Assembly: GCA_012521335.1 (NCBI GenBank)
Contig: JAAYMM010000002.1
Span: 53,030 to 117,029 of the forward strand
Reading direction: 5' to 3'
DNA from: Bacillota bacterium
GTDB lineage: Bacteria; Bacillota; Limnochordia; Darwinibacteriales; Darwinibacteriaceae
Length of the DNA stretch: 64,000 bases
The stretch's first letter is position 1; each line of letters starts with the position of its first letter. Shown here piece by piece: positions 1 through 8,983 of this stretch. The notes beneath the pieces are model-generated. The model made no database searches and was not told the DNA's origin. It worked only from the letters and a program-made list of their open reading frames with translations. The translations under genes were made by a program, and so were the position numbers.

Positions 1-1
1 G

Positions 2-382
2 GGCAAACAGTGGCTCTCGGGCAAGGGGATGCTGCTTCTGGACAGTCCAGGCATCCTCTGGCCTAAGTTTGAGGACCAGGAGGTAGCCAGGCGGCTGGCC
101 GCGGTGGCTGCCATTCGCGATGAGGTGCTCGATCAGACGGCCTTGGCCAATTGGCTGTTGGCCTGGCTTGAGCAGCATTATCCCCAAGGGCTCCAAGAGC
201 GCTACGGAAGCCTCGATTTGGAGACGGCCCTGGAAGAAATCGGCCGCCGGCGGGGCTGCTTGCTACCAGGTGGCGAGATAGACCTGGATCAAGCAGCGGC
301 CTTGGTGCTCAAGGACTTTCGCACCGGCAAGCTGGGGGCAGTCACCCTTGATCTAGAGCCAAGCGAGGTGCAGGGATGCTGA
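2..382 (+). CDS. rbgA: Ribosome biogenesis GTPase A (RbgA/YlqF), C-terminal fragment; starts upstream of the window
   Basis: ORF runs from the window edge; the C-terminal region resembles YlqF; conserved ylqF-rnhB gene order. Confidence 0.6.
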   Translation, partial: GKQWLSGKGMLLLDSPGILWPKFEDQEVARRLAAVAAIRDEVLDQTALANWLLAWLEQHYPQGLQERYGSLDLETALEEIGRRRGCLLPGGEIDLDQAAALVLKDFRTGKLGAVTLDLEPSEVQGC

Positions 383-966
383 GATTGGAGGAACATCTAA
401 AAAAGCAGGGATTTCAGCGAGTTGTGGGCATTGATGAAGCAGGCCGCGGTCCTCTGGCGGGGCCCGTAGTGGCAGCCGCAGTGCAGATTTTACCAGCGAG
501 TTTCAGTGTGGAAATCCGTGATTCCAAGGCCCTCTCCCCTAGAAAACGGGAACAGGCTTACGAAGAAATATTAAGCACCTGCTTGGTGGGTATCGGCCAG
601 GCAAGTGCCTCCGAGATCGATGAGCTGAACATCCTGCAGGCCACTTTCCTGGCCATGAAGCGCGCTCTGGCGGCTCTGCCGGCGGAACCCGATTTCTGCC
701 TGGTGGACGGCAGCCTGCCCATCCCTGATCTCCAGTGGCCCCAAAAGGCAGTGATCAAAGGTGATCAGCTTTCTCTGTCCATAGCCGCGGCCAGTATCGT
801 AGCTAAGGTGGAACGGGATCGCATTATGGACGGGTACCACGAGCTGTATCCCATCTATAATTTCAGCCAGAATAAAGGATACCCTACTAAAGAACACCGG
901 GAAGCCATCCAGAAAGCCGGGCGCTGCCCAGTGCACCGCCGCTCCTTTCGGGTCGCCGGACTGTGA
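376..966 (+). CDS. rnhB: Ribonuclease HII
   Basis: N-terminal 'VGIDEAGRGPLAGPVV' motif typical of RNase HII; ~196 aa. Confidence 0.9.
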   Translation: MLRLEEHLKKQGFQRVVGIDEAGRGPLAGPVVAAAVQILPASFSVEIRDSKALSPRKREQAYEEILSTCLVGIGQASASEIDELNILQATFLAMKRALAALPAEPDFCLVDGSLPIPDLQWPQKAVIKGDQLSLSIAAASIVAKVERDRIMDGYHELYPIYNFSQNKGYPTKEHREAIQKAGRCPVHRRSFRVAGL

Positions 967-1307
967 ACAAGGGGCGACTCGGAGAGGAGCTGGCCCGGGA
1001 GTTCCTCATCGGACAGGGCCTGCGCTTTGTCACCGCCAATTTCACCCGGCGGTTCGGGGAAATTGATCTGATCATGCTGGATGGCTCGACTCTCGTGTTC
1101 GTGGAGGTGAAGTACCGCAGTTCTGAGCGGTTCGGCACCAGCCTGGAGCAGGTTACTCCAGGCAAGATACGCAGAATAAAGCTGGCAGCACAGGCTTATC
1201 TGCAGATCCATGCCCAGGAAGTGGAAGCCGTGCGCTTCGATGTGGTGGGCATTAGTCCACATAGGAAAGGCTATAGATTCAAATGGGTGAAGGGAGCTTT
1301 TCAATGA
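963..1307 (+). CDS. yraN: UPF0102 family endonuclease-like protein YraN
   Basis: 114 aa, 'LGEELAREFL...GEIDLIM...LVFVEVKYR' YraN signature; follows rnhB as in many Firmicutes; GTG start. Confidence 0.8.
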   Translation: MNKGRLGEELAREFLIGQGLRFVTANFTRRFGEIDLIMLDGSTLVFVEVKYRSSERFGTSLEQVTPGKIRRIKLAAQAYLQIHAQEVEAVRFDVVGISPHRKGYRFKWVKGAFQ

Positions 1308-2464
1308 AACAGTGGTCGAAAGCACTCATTTCTTTTCTTATTTTCCTTCTTATCTTACCCAGCTTTGCCCTGGCTCAACAGGCGCCTGCGCTGGACATCA
1401 GCTCCCAGGCCGCCGTCCTTTTGGATTTCCAATCGGGACAAGTGTTGTATTCGAAAAACGGACAGGAGCCCCGCGTGCCAGCGAGCTTGGTGAAGATCAT
1501 GACCATGTACGTGGCTCTTGATCAGGTGAAAGCTGGCCGCATCAGCCTGAACGACACCGTCGTGGTGAGCGAACGGGCCTGGCGCATGATCGGCTCACGT
1601 ATGTTCTTGGAGCCCAACGAAGTGGTCACCATCGAGCAACTTCTACTGGGCATCGCAGTTGTTTCGGGCAATGATGCCTGTGTGGCCCTGGCAGAAGGAA
1701 TCGCGGGGAGCGAAGCTGCATTCGTGCAGCTCATGAACGACAAAGCCCGCTCTCTCAACCTTCCGCTGCATTTTGTGGACGTACATGGTCTGTCTCCTGA
1801 CAATGAGGTTACTGCTGAAGCTGTGGCCTTGCTGGTCCGCGCCTATCTTGCGGAGCACCCGGAGGCCGTGCGGTTTCACCAAGAGCTCTCTTTTTCCTAT
1901 CAGCCCCGCTCCAGCCGCAATCCCATCGTCCAGTATAACCGCAATGGCTTGCTGCGCACTTTTGAGGGGGCGGACGGCTTGAAAACTGGGCACTTAGAAG
2001 CAGCGGGCTACAATCTAGTGGCGACTGCTGTGCAGAACAACAGACGCCTTATTGCCGTGGTGCTCGGGGCCGACAGTGAAGCCAAGCGGGAGCAGGAAGC
2101 GGCGGCTCTGCTCACCTATGGGTACCGCAGCTTCGATCTGGTGAACATCGCTCCTCTGCTTAGCGACAAAACTACCAGAGTGTTCAAGGGCAAGCAGTCC
2201 CAGGTGGGGTTGATGGTCCAGGAGCCGATCATCGCTGTACCTAAAGGAGTAGGTACCACTGTGAGTGTGGGGATCCAGGCCAAGGAAGTGGAAGCGCCGG
2301 TGCAAAAGGGCGACCAGGTAGGAGTTTTGAGCATTTATCTCCAGGATGAACTGGTGAAACAGGTGCCCCTGCTCGCGGCTGAAGAGGTGGAGAGGGGCAG
2401 CTGGTTCAAGATCATGTGGGATAACCTGGCGAGATTCCTGCGGGACCTCATCCGCCGGCGGTGA
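1304..2464 (+). CDS. D-alanyl-D-alanine carboxypeptidase (PBP5/DacF family), with signal peptide
   Basis: Signal peptide; SxxK 'ASLVKIMT', SGN 'VVSGND', KTG 'LKTGH' motifs; AGGGAG RBS 7 nt before ATG 1304. Confidence 0.85.
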   Translation: MKQWSKALISFLIFLLILPSFALAQQAPALDISSQAAVLLDFQSGQVLYSKNGQEPRVPASLVKIMTMYVALDQVKAGRISLNDTVVVSERAWRMIGSRMFLEPNEVVTIEQLLLGIAVVSGNDACVALAEGIAGSEAAFVQLMNDKARSLNLPLHFVDVHGLSPDNEVTAEAVALLVRAYLAEHPEAVRFHQELSFSYQPRSSRNPIVQYNRNGLLRTFEGADGLKTGHLEAAGYNLVATAVQNNRRLIAVVLGADSEAKREQEAAALLTYGYRSFDLVNIAPLLSDKTTRVFKGKQSQVGLMVQEPIIAVPKGVGTTVSVGIQAKEVEAPVQKGDQVGVLSIYLQDELVKQVPLLAAEEVERGSWFKIMWDNLARFLRDLIRRR

Positions 2465-2488
2465 TCTCCGCCTTTCTCGGGCTTGGTT

Positions 2489-2520
2489 CAGAGACTCTCT
2501 TTGTTGGAGTCTCTTTTTAT
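2489..2520 (+). terminator. Rho-independent terminator after the carboxypeptidase gene
   Basis: Inverted repeat AGAGACTC...GAGTCTCT followed by TTTTT. Confidence 0.6.
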
Positions 2521-2607
2521 GTGACAATTATTTTACTTTCACAAGGAAAAGCAGTTTTTTCGTAGAAAATGAGATCCGAAATGATGAAATGAGTAGGGAC
2601 AGAAAGG

Positions 2608-3108
2608 GTGAGGACAATACAGCCGCTTACTCTCGACGACCTGGACAAAAAGATCTTGGGTTACCTGCAAGAAGACGGCAGAATGACCTTCGTTACCTTA
2701 GCCTCCCATTTGGGCGTCTCGGAGGGCACTATCCGCAAAAGGGTGAAACGCCTGGAAGACAGCGGGGTCTTGAAGACCATGGGGGTGACAGACCCTCTGA
2801 AGATGGGGCTCGATACCGTGGCCTTCATCTGGTTTAAGGTGGATCGCATCCACTTGGAAGGGGTAATCGCCGCGTTACGGGCGCTGAGGGAAGTCCGTTA
2901 TCTGGTGGTCACCACTGGGGGTTACGATCTGGTGGCCATGGTGGTGCTGCCCAACCACACTCAGCTGGTGCAGCTGCTCAATGAGAAGCTCTCCCAGATC
3001 GAAGGGATCATCAGCACGGAGACGTCCATCGTGCTGCAGATTCACAAACAGATTCATGATTGGGCGCCTTTCAAGGATTTTGTAGAAACGGAGGCATCGC
3101 ACGGATGA
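2608..3108 (+). CDS. Lrp/AsnC family transcriptional regulator (first of tandem pair)
   Basis: 'LDDLDKKILGYLQEDGRMTFVTLASHLGVSEGTIRKRVKRLEDSGVL' AsnC-type HTH plus C-terminal RAM-like domain; GTG start after GAAAGGG. Confidence 0.8.
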   Translation: MRTIQPLTLDDLDKKILGYLQEDGRMTFVTLASHLGVSEGTIRKRVKRLEDSGVLKTMGVTDPLKMGLDTVAFIWFKVDRIHLEGVIAALRALREVRYLVVTTGGYDLVAMVVLPNHTQLVQLLNEKLSQIEGIISTETSIVLQIHKQIHDWAPFKDFVETEASHG

Positions 3109-3560
3109 ACGGATTTGTCCTGGATGAGTTCGATCGTGAAATCATACGCCTACTGCAGCAGGACGGCAGGATGCCCTTTCTCACCATTGCCAACAAGCTC
3201 GGTTTGGCAGAAGGGACCGTGCGGCGCCGGGTGGCCCGGCTGCGCAGCGAAGGCCTGCTGAAAATCGTGGGCATCGCCAATCCATTCAAGGTTGGTCTGA
3301 AGACGGTGGCCATCGTAGGCTTGAAAGTGGACCGCGCCCGGATTGAGGAGATTGCCAAGAGGCTCAGCGCGTTGAAGGAAGTGCGCTATGTAGCGCTTTC
3401 CACAGGCAACTATGATTTGGTCATCGAAGTGGTAGTATCCAGCAATGATGAACTGCTCACATTCCTGGTGGATAAGTTGAGCGACGTACCGGGCATCAAC
3501 AACACGGGGACATCGGTTGTGCTCAAAGTTGCCAAGGAGGATCTGGCCTGGGATATGTAG
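3105..3560 (+). CDS. Lrp/AsnC family transcriptional regulator (second of tandem pair)
   Basis: 'LDEFDREIIRLLQQDGRMPFLTIANKLGLAEGTVRRRVARLRSEGLL' HTH plus RAM domain; ATG 3105 with GGAGG RBS; ATGA overlap with the upstream gene. Confidence 0.8.
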   Translation: MNGFVLDEFDREIIRLLQQDGRMPFLTIANKLGLAEGTVRRRVARLRSEGLLKIVGIANPFKVGLKTVAIVGLKVDRARIEEIAKRLSALKEVRYVALSTGNYDLVIEVVVSSNDELLTFLVDKLSDVPGINNTGTSVVLKVAKEDLAWDM

Positions 3561-3561
3561 A

Positions 3562-4998
3562 TCAGGCCAGCAGATGCAGGTGGGTCTCCCAGCGGTACTG
3601 CAGCGCCTCCGCCACTTGAGGTTCGTCCACGCAGGGTGCCCCATCAAGCCGAGCGATGCTAGCGGCGATACGCTGCACACTCTCCACTGCCCGCACAGAC
3701 AGGCCCAGATTCTTCTGCGCCTGATAGAGGAACTGCTGTGCGGCGGGGCTGACCCTAAGGGAGCGGGCAGCCTGCTGTCGGAACGGTGGGCGGTCTGGCC
3801 AGGGTGCAGTCTTCTCCTGCAGCTCCTCTGGGGAAAGGGGAGCTAGATAGCAAAACAGTTCGATGCGGTCCAGCAATGGACCGCGTAATTTTCGTCTGTA
3901 CCTGGCCAGATCCCTGCTGGTGCAGGTGCAGAGCCGGACAGAACTGCCCAGGTAACCGCAGGGGCAGGGATTGGCCGTCGCGATCAACCAGAAATCCGCG
4001 GGGTAGGTCACAGCGTGTTCTGCCCTGGATAGGTGTACTTCCCGGTGATCCAGGGGTTCACGCAGTCCCTGCAGGGCATTTAGAGAGAATTCGGGAAACT
4101 CATCGAGCAGCAGAATGCCCAGATGGGCCAAGGTGATTTCCCCCGGCCTTCCGCTGCGTGAGCCGATCAGCCCCGCTGGAGAAACGCTGTGGTGGGGAGC
4201 GCGCAGCGGCCGTACCACGGGGGGCGGCCCCTCAGCCGTGAGCAGGCCGGCGGCCTCGTAGATTTTGCTTAAGATCAGCATCTCATCCCGTTTCAATGGA
4301 GGAAGCAGAGCCTGAGCGTGTGTGGCCAAGAGCGTCTTACCCACGCCCGGCGGCCCCAAGAGCATGATATGGTGCCGCCCCAACGCCGCGATCTCTAGGG
4401 CCCGTTTGGCCTGGGCCTGACCCTTGATTACAGCTTTCTGGGGAGCGGGAATCGTCTGAGTAAGCGTCAGCTCAGGCAGCCTTGGTGCTGGCGTTTTGCC
4501 GGCCAGAAAACCCACGAGGTGGGTTAGGGAAGGGGTTAAGACCACGTTCTCCCGTCCCGCTAGGGCAGCTTCCTGGGCGTTGGCCTGGGGCAGGATGAGC
4601 TCGAGCCCGTGTTCGTGGGCGAGGTCGGCAAGGCTGAGCACGCCGCTGATGCGCTTGAGCGCTCCACTGAGCGAAAGCTCTCCGGCGAAGATGCGTTTTT
4701 GGAGGGCAGCACGTTCGACGACTCCCTGATGAGCTAGAATTCCCAGGGCGATGGGCAGGTCCAGCAGAGCTCCGTCCTTGGGATAGTGGGCTGGAGCCAA
4801 GTTCACGATCACTTTTTGGGCTGGGAACTTGAACCCCGAGTTGCGCAGAGCTGAACGCACCCGTTCCCTGCTTTCCCGCACGGTTTTGCTGGGCAACCCC
4901 ACGATCTCAAAGCCAGGCAGCCCAGGCCGTACATCTACTTCTACCTCGATCAGAAAGCCATCAAGGCCAGCAGTTACTCCACTGAGTACCAAAATCAT
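3562..4998 (-). CDS. comM: Mg-chelatase-like AAA+ ATPase YifB/ComM
   Basis: N-terminus 'MILVLSGVTAGLDGFLIEVEVDV...FEIVGLP...VRESRERVRSAL', Walker A 'GPPGVGKT'; start trimmed to ATG at 4998 preceded by AAGGGGGG. Confidence 0.85.
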   Translation of the reverse strand: MILVLSGVTAGLDGFLIEVEVDVRPGLPGFEIVGLPSKTVRESRERVRSALRNSGFKFPAQKVIVNLAPAHYPKDGALLDLPIALGILAHQGVVERAALQKRIFAGELSLSGALKRISGVLSLADLAHEHGLELILPQANAQEAALAGRENVVLTPSLTHLVGFLAGKTPAPRLPELTLTQTIPAPQKAVIKGQAQAKRALEIAALGRHHIMLLGPPGVGKTLLATHAQALLPPLKRDEMLILSKIYEAAGLLTAEGPPPVVRPLRAPHHSVSPAGLIGSRSGRPGEITLAHLGILLLDEFPEFSLNALQGLREPLDHREVHLSRAEHAVTYPADFWLIATANPCPCGYLGSSVRLCTCTSRDLARYRRKLRGPLLDRIELFCYLAPLSPEELQEKTAPWPDRPPFRQQAARSLRVSPAAQQFLYQAQKNLGLSVRAVESVQRIAASIARLDGAPCVDEPQVAEALQYRWETHLHLLA

Positions 4999-5021
4999 GG
5001 TGAACCCCCCCTTGACATTAT

Positions 5022-5050
5022 AATCTGAATATTGATATATTTGACATAGT
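5022..5050. promoter_or_regulatory. AT-rich divergent intergenic region with sigma-A-like hexamers (TTGACA at 5022 and 5051, TATAAT at 5029)
   Basis: Hexamers read directly from the sequence between comM(-) and the + strand ORF/dprA; spacing is not ideal, so the assignment is tentative. Confidence 0.3.
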
Positions 5051-5127
5051 TGCAATTAATCCTGCCAATCATAGAAGGGGCCTTTCCTCGGCATGCTACT
5101 AGGGAACACAATGTGAGGAGGGCTAAC

Positions 5128-5364
5128 TTGCAGTTTGATCTAGGTGCGACGCGCATTTTCCACTGCCCCGTCTGCCAGGTGGACACCCCGCACACAGTGA
5201 AAGCGAGAAAAGGGGAGATGTACGGCATCATCTGCACCAACTGCTTGGGGGCAGCTGTGGTCAGCGGTCTGGATCTCAGGATCTATCAGCTGAAGTGGGA
5301 GGAGGAACTGCAGGCGATTTTGGACAGCCTTGTAGAGCACCCGCTCGGCGATGACGATAGCTAG
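5128..5364 (+). CDS. Small zinc-ribbon protein (CPVC...CTNC), unknown function, immediately upstream of dprA
   Basis: ORF with GAGGAGG RBS 6 nt before TTG 5128 (alternative GTG 5113); four Cys in a CxxC-N19-CxxC arrangement. Confidence 0.4.
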   Translation: MQFDLGATRIFHCPVCQVDTPHTVKARKGEMYGIICTNCLGAAVVSGLDLRIYQLKWEEELQAILDSLVEHPLGDDDS

Positions 5365-5376
5365 GGGAGGAATGGG

Positions 5377-6393
5377 ATGTTCTGGAGCCCGCGACAGTAC
5401 CTCATTGCCTTTAATATGGTACAGGGAATCGGCGGCCGCAGGCTTCTGGCCTTAGAGCAGCATTTCGGCTCGCTCGCTGAGGCCTGGCACGCGCCCATGG
5501 GCGATCTGGCTCGGGTCAAGGGTGTTGGCCCCAAAACGGCTGAGCAGTTCTGTGCCGTACGCGGCCAGTTATGCCCGTTCCAAGAAGAGGAATGGGCAGC
5601 CAGCCGCGGCGCCAGGATCATCACTATCTGTGATGAAGAGTATCCGCAGTACTTGCGGCGTCTGGCCGTTCCACCGCCTGTACTGTATGTGTGGGGCGAA
5701 CTGCCGCAGGTGCCTGGCATTGCCGTAGTGGGCACGCGTCGGCCTTCACGCACGGGGATTGCCCAGGCGCAGTTCTTTACGGAGGAGATTGTGCGCCGGG
5801 GACGGGTAGTGGTATCGGGACTGGCCAGGGGGATAGATTTCTACGCTCATCAGCGCACTTTGGATTTGGGGGGCAAAACGGTGGCGGTGCTCGGCTCCAG
5901 CCTTCAGGAGATCTACCCGGCAGAACACCGGGGCTTGGCCAAGAGAATTGCCGAGCAAGGTGCTGTGGTAAGTGAGTTTTCCAGCCGCTGCCCCACTGTT
6001 CCAGGGAACTTCCCGCGCCGCAACCGCATCATCGCCGGGTGCGCCACAGGAGTGTTAGTGGTTCAGGCCGGGGCTGGGTCGGGGGCTCTGCGCACAGCTG
6101 ATTGGGCCTTGGAGCTGGGCATCGATGTCTGGTCTATACCAGGCGAAATCAGCGATCCTCTGCGGGAAGGGAATCACCAGCTGATCAAGGAGGGCGCCCA
6201 ACTGGTTACACACCCCGCCGAGCTGTTTGGTGCCGAAGGGGGCCAGGCGCAGTCGGCGGCATCCAGCATTGAGCAGTTACATGCCTCGGGACGAAACGCT
6301 AACGAAATAGCCGCGCAGCTGAGAAAGCCAGTTCAAGAGGTTTTGGTCGAGCTTTCGCGGCTGCAGGTAAAACAGGGCAAACAGCTGGGCTGA
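5377..6393 (+). CDS. dprA: DNA processing protein A (DprA/Smf)
   Basis: 338 aa; Rossmann-like core 'GIAVVGTRRPS...GGKTVAVLGSSL...' and C-terminal winged helix; conserved position before topA. Confidence 0.9.
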   Translation: MFWSPRQYLIAFNMVQGIGGRRLLALEQHFGSLAEAWHAPMGDLARVKGVGPKTAEQFCAVRGQLCPFQEEEWAASRGARIITICDEEYPQYLRRLAVPPPVLYVWGELPQVPGIAVVGTRRPSRTGIAQAQFFTEEIVRRGRVVVSGLARGIDFYAHQRTLDLGGKTVAVLGSSLQEIYPAEHRGLAKRIAEQGAVVSEFSSRCPTVPGNFPRRNRIIAGCATGVLVVQAGAGSGALRTADWALELGIDVWSIPGEISDPLREGNHQLIKEGAQLVTHPAELFGAEGGQAQSAASSIEQLHASGRNANEIAAQLRKPVQEVLVELSRLQVKQGKQLG

Positions 6394-6406
6394 AGTCACT
6401 GCCGGC

Positions 6407-6435
6407 TTGCATAATATTTCTAGAGCTACTATAAT
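6407..6435 (+). promoter_or_regulatory. Sigma-A type promoter TTGCAT-N17-TATAAT upstream of the smg-like ORF and topA
   Basis: Near-consensus -35/-10 with exactly 17-nt spacer; -10 is flanked by repeated TTCTAGA palindromic hexamers (possible operator). Confidence 0.55.
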
Positions 6436-6463
6436 GAGGGTAATTCTAGACAGGAAATGAGAG

Positions 6464-6868
6464 ATGGACTTGAGCAATCATGGTTCGCGACGTTCGGCCC
6501 GGATGCTGCAGATCGGTGCCGCAGTGAATGAGGATCTGGAGCTCGCTCTGCCAGAACTCCTCAGCAGGCTGGCCCAGGCGATGCAGCCCTCGGTGCTGGC
6601 TTTAGGTGACTTGGATGGAACCAAGAGCCGCGTGTTCAGTCAGTGGGAACAGGTCTGCTTATCCCAGGAAGCGCAGAGCTTTCTGCTTGCTGCCTTGCAT
6701 AGGAATATGGTCACTGCGCAGGAGCTGGAGCAGGCCATGGCCCTTCTCTTTGCGGAGATGAACGGATTTGCTGACCTGGAGGACATCAGGATCCTCCTGG
6801 AAGACGTGGTTGAGGATCCGGAACGCCAGAGCATGCTGGCGTTATTTGATGCTGAGTACATGCAATGA
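6464..6868 (+). CDS. Acidic helical protein, possibly Smg/DUF494-like (encoded between dprA and topA)
   Basis: 134 aa ORF downstream of a strong promoter; the dprA-smg-topA arrangement is known in other bacteria; weak 'FLLAAL...ELEQAMALLFAE' resemblance to Smg recalled from memory. Confidence 0.4.
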   Translation: MDLSNHGSRRSARMLQIGAAVNEDLELALPELLSRLAQAMQPSVLALGDLDGTKSRVFSQWEQVCLSQEAQSFLLAALHRNMVTAQELEQAMALLFAEMNGFADLEDIRILLEDVVEDPERQSMLALFDAEYMQ

Positions 6869-6895
6869 GGTTGTGAAGAGCACGGAGGTGGCTGA

Positions 6896-8983
6896 TTGGC
6901 TACGTTAATCATTGTGGAATCACCTGCCAAAGCGAACACCATCAAAGGATTTTTGGGCAGAAATTATACAGTAAAAGCGTCTTTAGGGCATGTGCGGGAT
7001 CTCCCCCGCAGCAAGCTGGGCGTGGATGTGGAGAACAACTTCGAACCCCGCTATATCACCATTCGAGGCAAAGGGCCCGTTTTGCAGGAGCTGCGGGAAG
7101 CGGCCAAGAAGGCAGATCGTGTCCTGCTGGCTACGGACCCTGACCGTGAAGGCGAGGCTATCGCCTGGCATCTAGCCGAGGCTTTGAACATAAAAGAGGA
7201 AAAGTGCCGCATCGATTTTCACGAGATCACCAAAGCCCAAGTACAGCAGTCCGTCAAAGAACCTCGGCCCATTTCCCAATCTTTAGTGGATGCCCAACAG
7301 GCACGGCGGGTTCTGGACCGAATTGTGGGCTACAAGCTGTCGCCGCTGCTCTGGTCCAAAGTGAAGCCGGGACTGAGTGCTGGGCGTGTGCAATCGGTGG
7401 CCGTGAAGCTGATCGTGGATCGAGAGCGGGAAATCGAGGCCTTTGTACCTGAAGAGTACTGGAGCGTCACCGCATTACTGGCCACCAGCCGCGGCGAGCA
7501 GTTCGAGGCGAAACTGCTGAACAGGGCGGGTAAGAAAATCCAACTGACCAATCAGGCAGAAGCTAAGCAGGTGCAGCAGGATGTTACCGGCGCCCCGTGG
7601 GTGGTGGCGGAAGTCAAGACCACCAAGCGCCTGCGCAATCCAGCGGCACCCTTTACCACCAGCACTATGCAGCAGGAGGCCGCACGCAAGCTTGGGTTTT
7701 CGGCAAAAAGGACTATGCGCGTGGCGCAGCAGCTTTATGAAGGTCTGCCCTTGGGCAAGCTGGGCACCCACGGTTTGATCACGTACATGCGTACTGATGC
7801 CACTAGGGTCTCGCCTGAGGCAGTCGCTGAAGCGCGGGAGTACATCAAGGACACCCACGGCGCGGATTATGTGCCGAAGAAACCGAGGCAGTACGCTTCG
7901 AAGAAAGGCGCGCAGCAGGCCCATGAGGCTATCAGACCTACCTCGGTGCTGCGTACACCAGAGGAAGTGAAGCCCTATCTATCACGGGATCAGTATAGAC
8001 TGTACAAGTTGATTTGGGAACGTTTCGTAGCTAGTCAGATGAGTTCGGCGACCTTTGATGCCACCAGTGTAGACATCAAAGTCAGCGATTATCTGTTTAG
8101 GGCCACCGGTTCCCGACTGACCTTCCCGGGCTTTTTGAAGCTCTACGTGGAAGGCAGCGATGAAAACGGGTTAGAAAGCGAACTTGGCGATCGTCTGCTG
8201 CCGGCCCTCGAGGCCGATCAGGTTCTCGATCTGCGCAAGCTTGACCTGCAGCAGCACTTCACCCAGCCCCCGCCTCGTTTCAGCCAAGCCACATTAGTCA
8301 AGACCTTGGAAGAAGAGGGTATCGGCAGGCCCAGCACTTACGCCCCCATTATCGATACGATTCTGAGCCGGGGCTATGTGTACCTTGAAGAGAAACGCTT
8401 TCGCCCCACTGAGCTGGGGATTATTGTTGTGGACCTGCTCTCCGAAAGCTTCCCGCAACTGCTGGATGTGGGGTTTACGGCAGCCCTAGAAACGCAGCTG
8501 GACCAGATCGAAGAGGGATCATTGAGTTGGCAGAGTGTGCTGCAGGAGTTCTACGGACCCTTTGCCCAAGACCTGGAAAAAGCCTATGAGGAACTGGAAC
8601 GCATCACCGTGCAGGATGAAGTAAGTGGTGTGATCTGTGAAAAGTGCGGACGGAACATGGTGTACAAGACCGGAAGATTCGGGCGTTTTCTGGCCTGCCC
8701 AGGCTATCCCGAATGCAAAAACACCAAGCCCATCTTGGATGAGATCGGTGTGGACTGCGCCCTCTGCAAAAGGGAAGGGAGGCCCGAAGGAAAGCTGGTG
8801 CGCAGGCGCACCCGCAACGGACGGCTTTTCTATGGCTGCAGCAATTATCCCGATTGCACTTATACTGCCTGGCAGCAGCCTGTGGCTGAGGCTTGCCCGC
8901 ATTGTGGCCACAACTTGGTGGTGCGCCGCAAAGGGAGCAAGCCGGTCTGCGTGAACAAAGAATGTCCCGGAGGTGAGGGCTAG
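6896..8983 (+). CDS. topA: DNA topoisomerase I
   Basis: Toprim N-terminus 'LIIVESPAKANTI', 'GHVRDLP', active-site Tyr region, C-terminal CxxC zinc ribbons; 695 aa. Confidence 0.95.
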   Translation: MATLIIVESPAKANTIKGFLGRNYTVKASLGHVRDLPRSKLGVDVENNFEPRYITIRGKGPVLQELREAAKKADRVLLATDPDREGEAIAWHLAEALNIKEEKCRIDFHEITKAQVQQSVKEPRPISQSLVDAQQARRVLDRIVGYKLSPLLWSKVKPGLSAGRVQSVAVKLIVDREREIEAFVPEEYWSVTALLATSRGEQFEAKLLNRAGKKIQLTNQAEAKQVQQDVTGAPWVVAEVKTTKRLRNPAAPFTTSTMQQEAARKLGFSAKRTMRVAQQLYEGLPLGKLGTHGLITYMRTDATRVSPEAVAEAREYIKDTHGADYVPKKPRQYASKKGAQQAHEAIRPTSVLRTPEEVKPYLSRDQYRLYKLIWERFVASQMSSATFDATSVDIKVSDYLFRATGSRLTFPGFLKLYVEGSDENGLESELGDRLLPALEADQVLDLRKLDLQQHFTQPPPRFSQATLVKTLEEEGIGRPSTYAPIIDTILSRGYVYLEEKRFRPTELGIIVVDLLSESFPQLLDVGFTAALETQLDQIEEGSLSWQSVLQEFYGPFAQDLEKAYEELERITVQDEVSGVICEKCGRNMVYKTGRFGRFLACPGYPECKNTKPILDEIGVDCALCKREGRPEGKLVRRRTRNGRLFYGCSNYPDCTYTAWQQPVAEACPHCGHNLVVRRKGSKPVCVNKECPGGEG

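Noticed and set aside
2608-3560. Calling the Lrp pair AhbA/AhbB siroheme decarboxylase
   Set aside because: Only the architecture (two ~150-aa AsnC-like genes, overlapping) supports it. No heme-pathway genes are nearby and no family-specific residues can be verified without an HMM search. Kept as generic Lrp/AsnC.
4998-5055. 19-aa N-terminal extension of comM (ORF start at 5055)
   Set aside because: The conserved ComM N-terminus begins at 'MILVLSG' with a strong AAGGGGGG RBS. The extension would run through the AT-rich promoter region.
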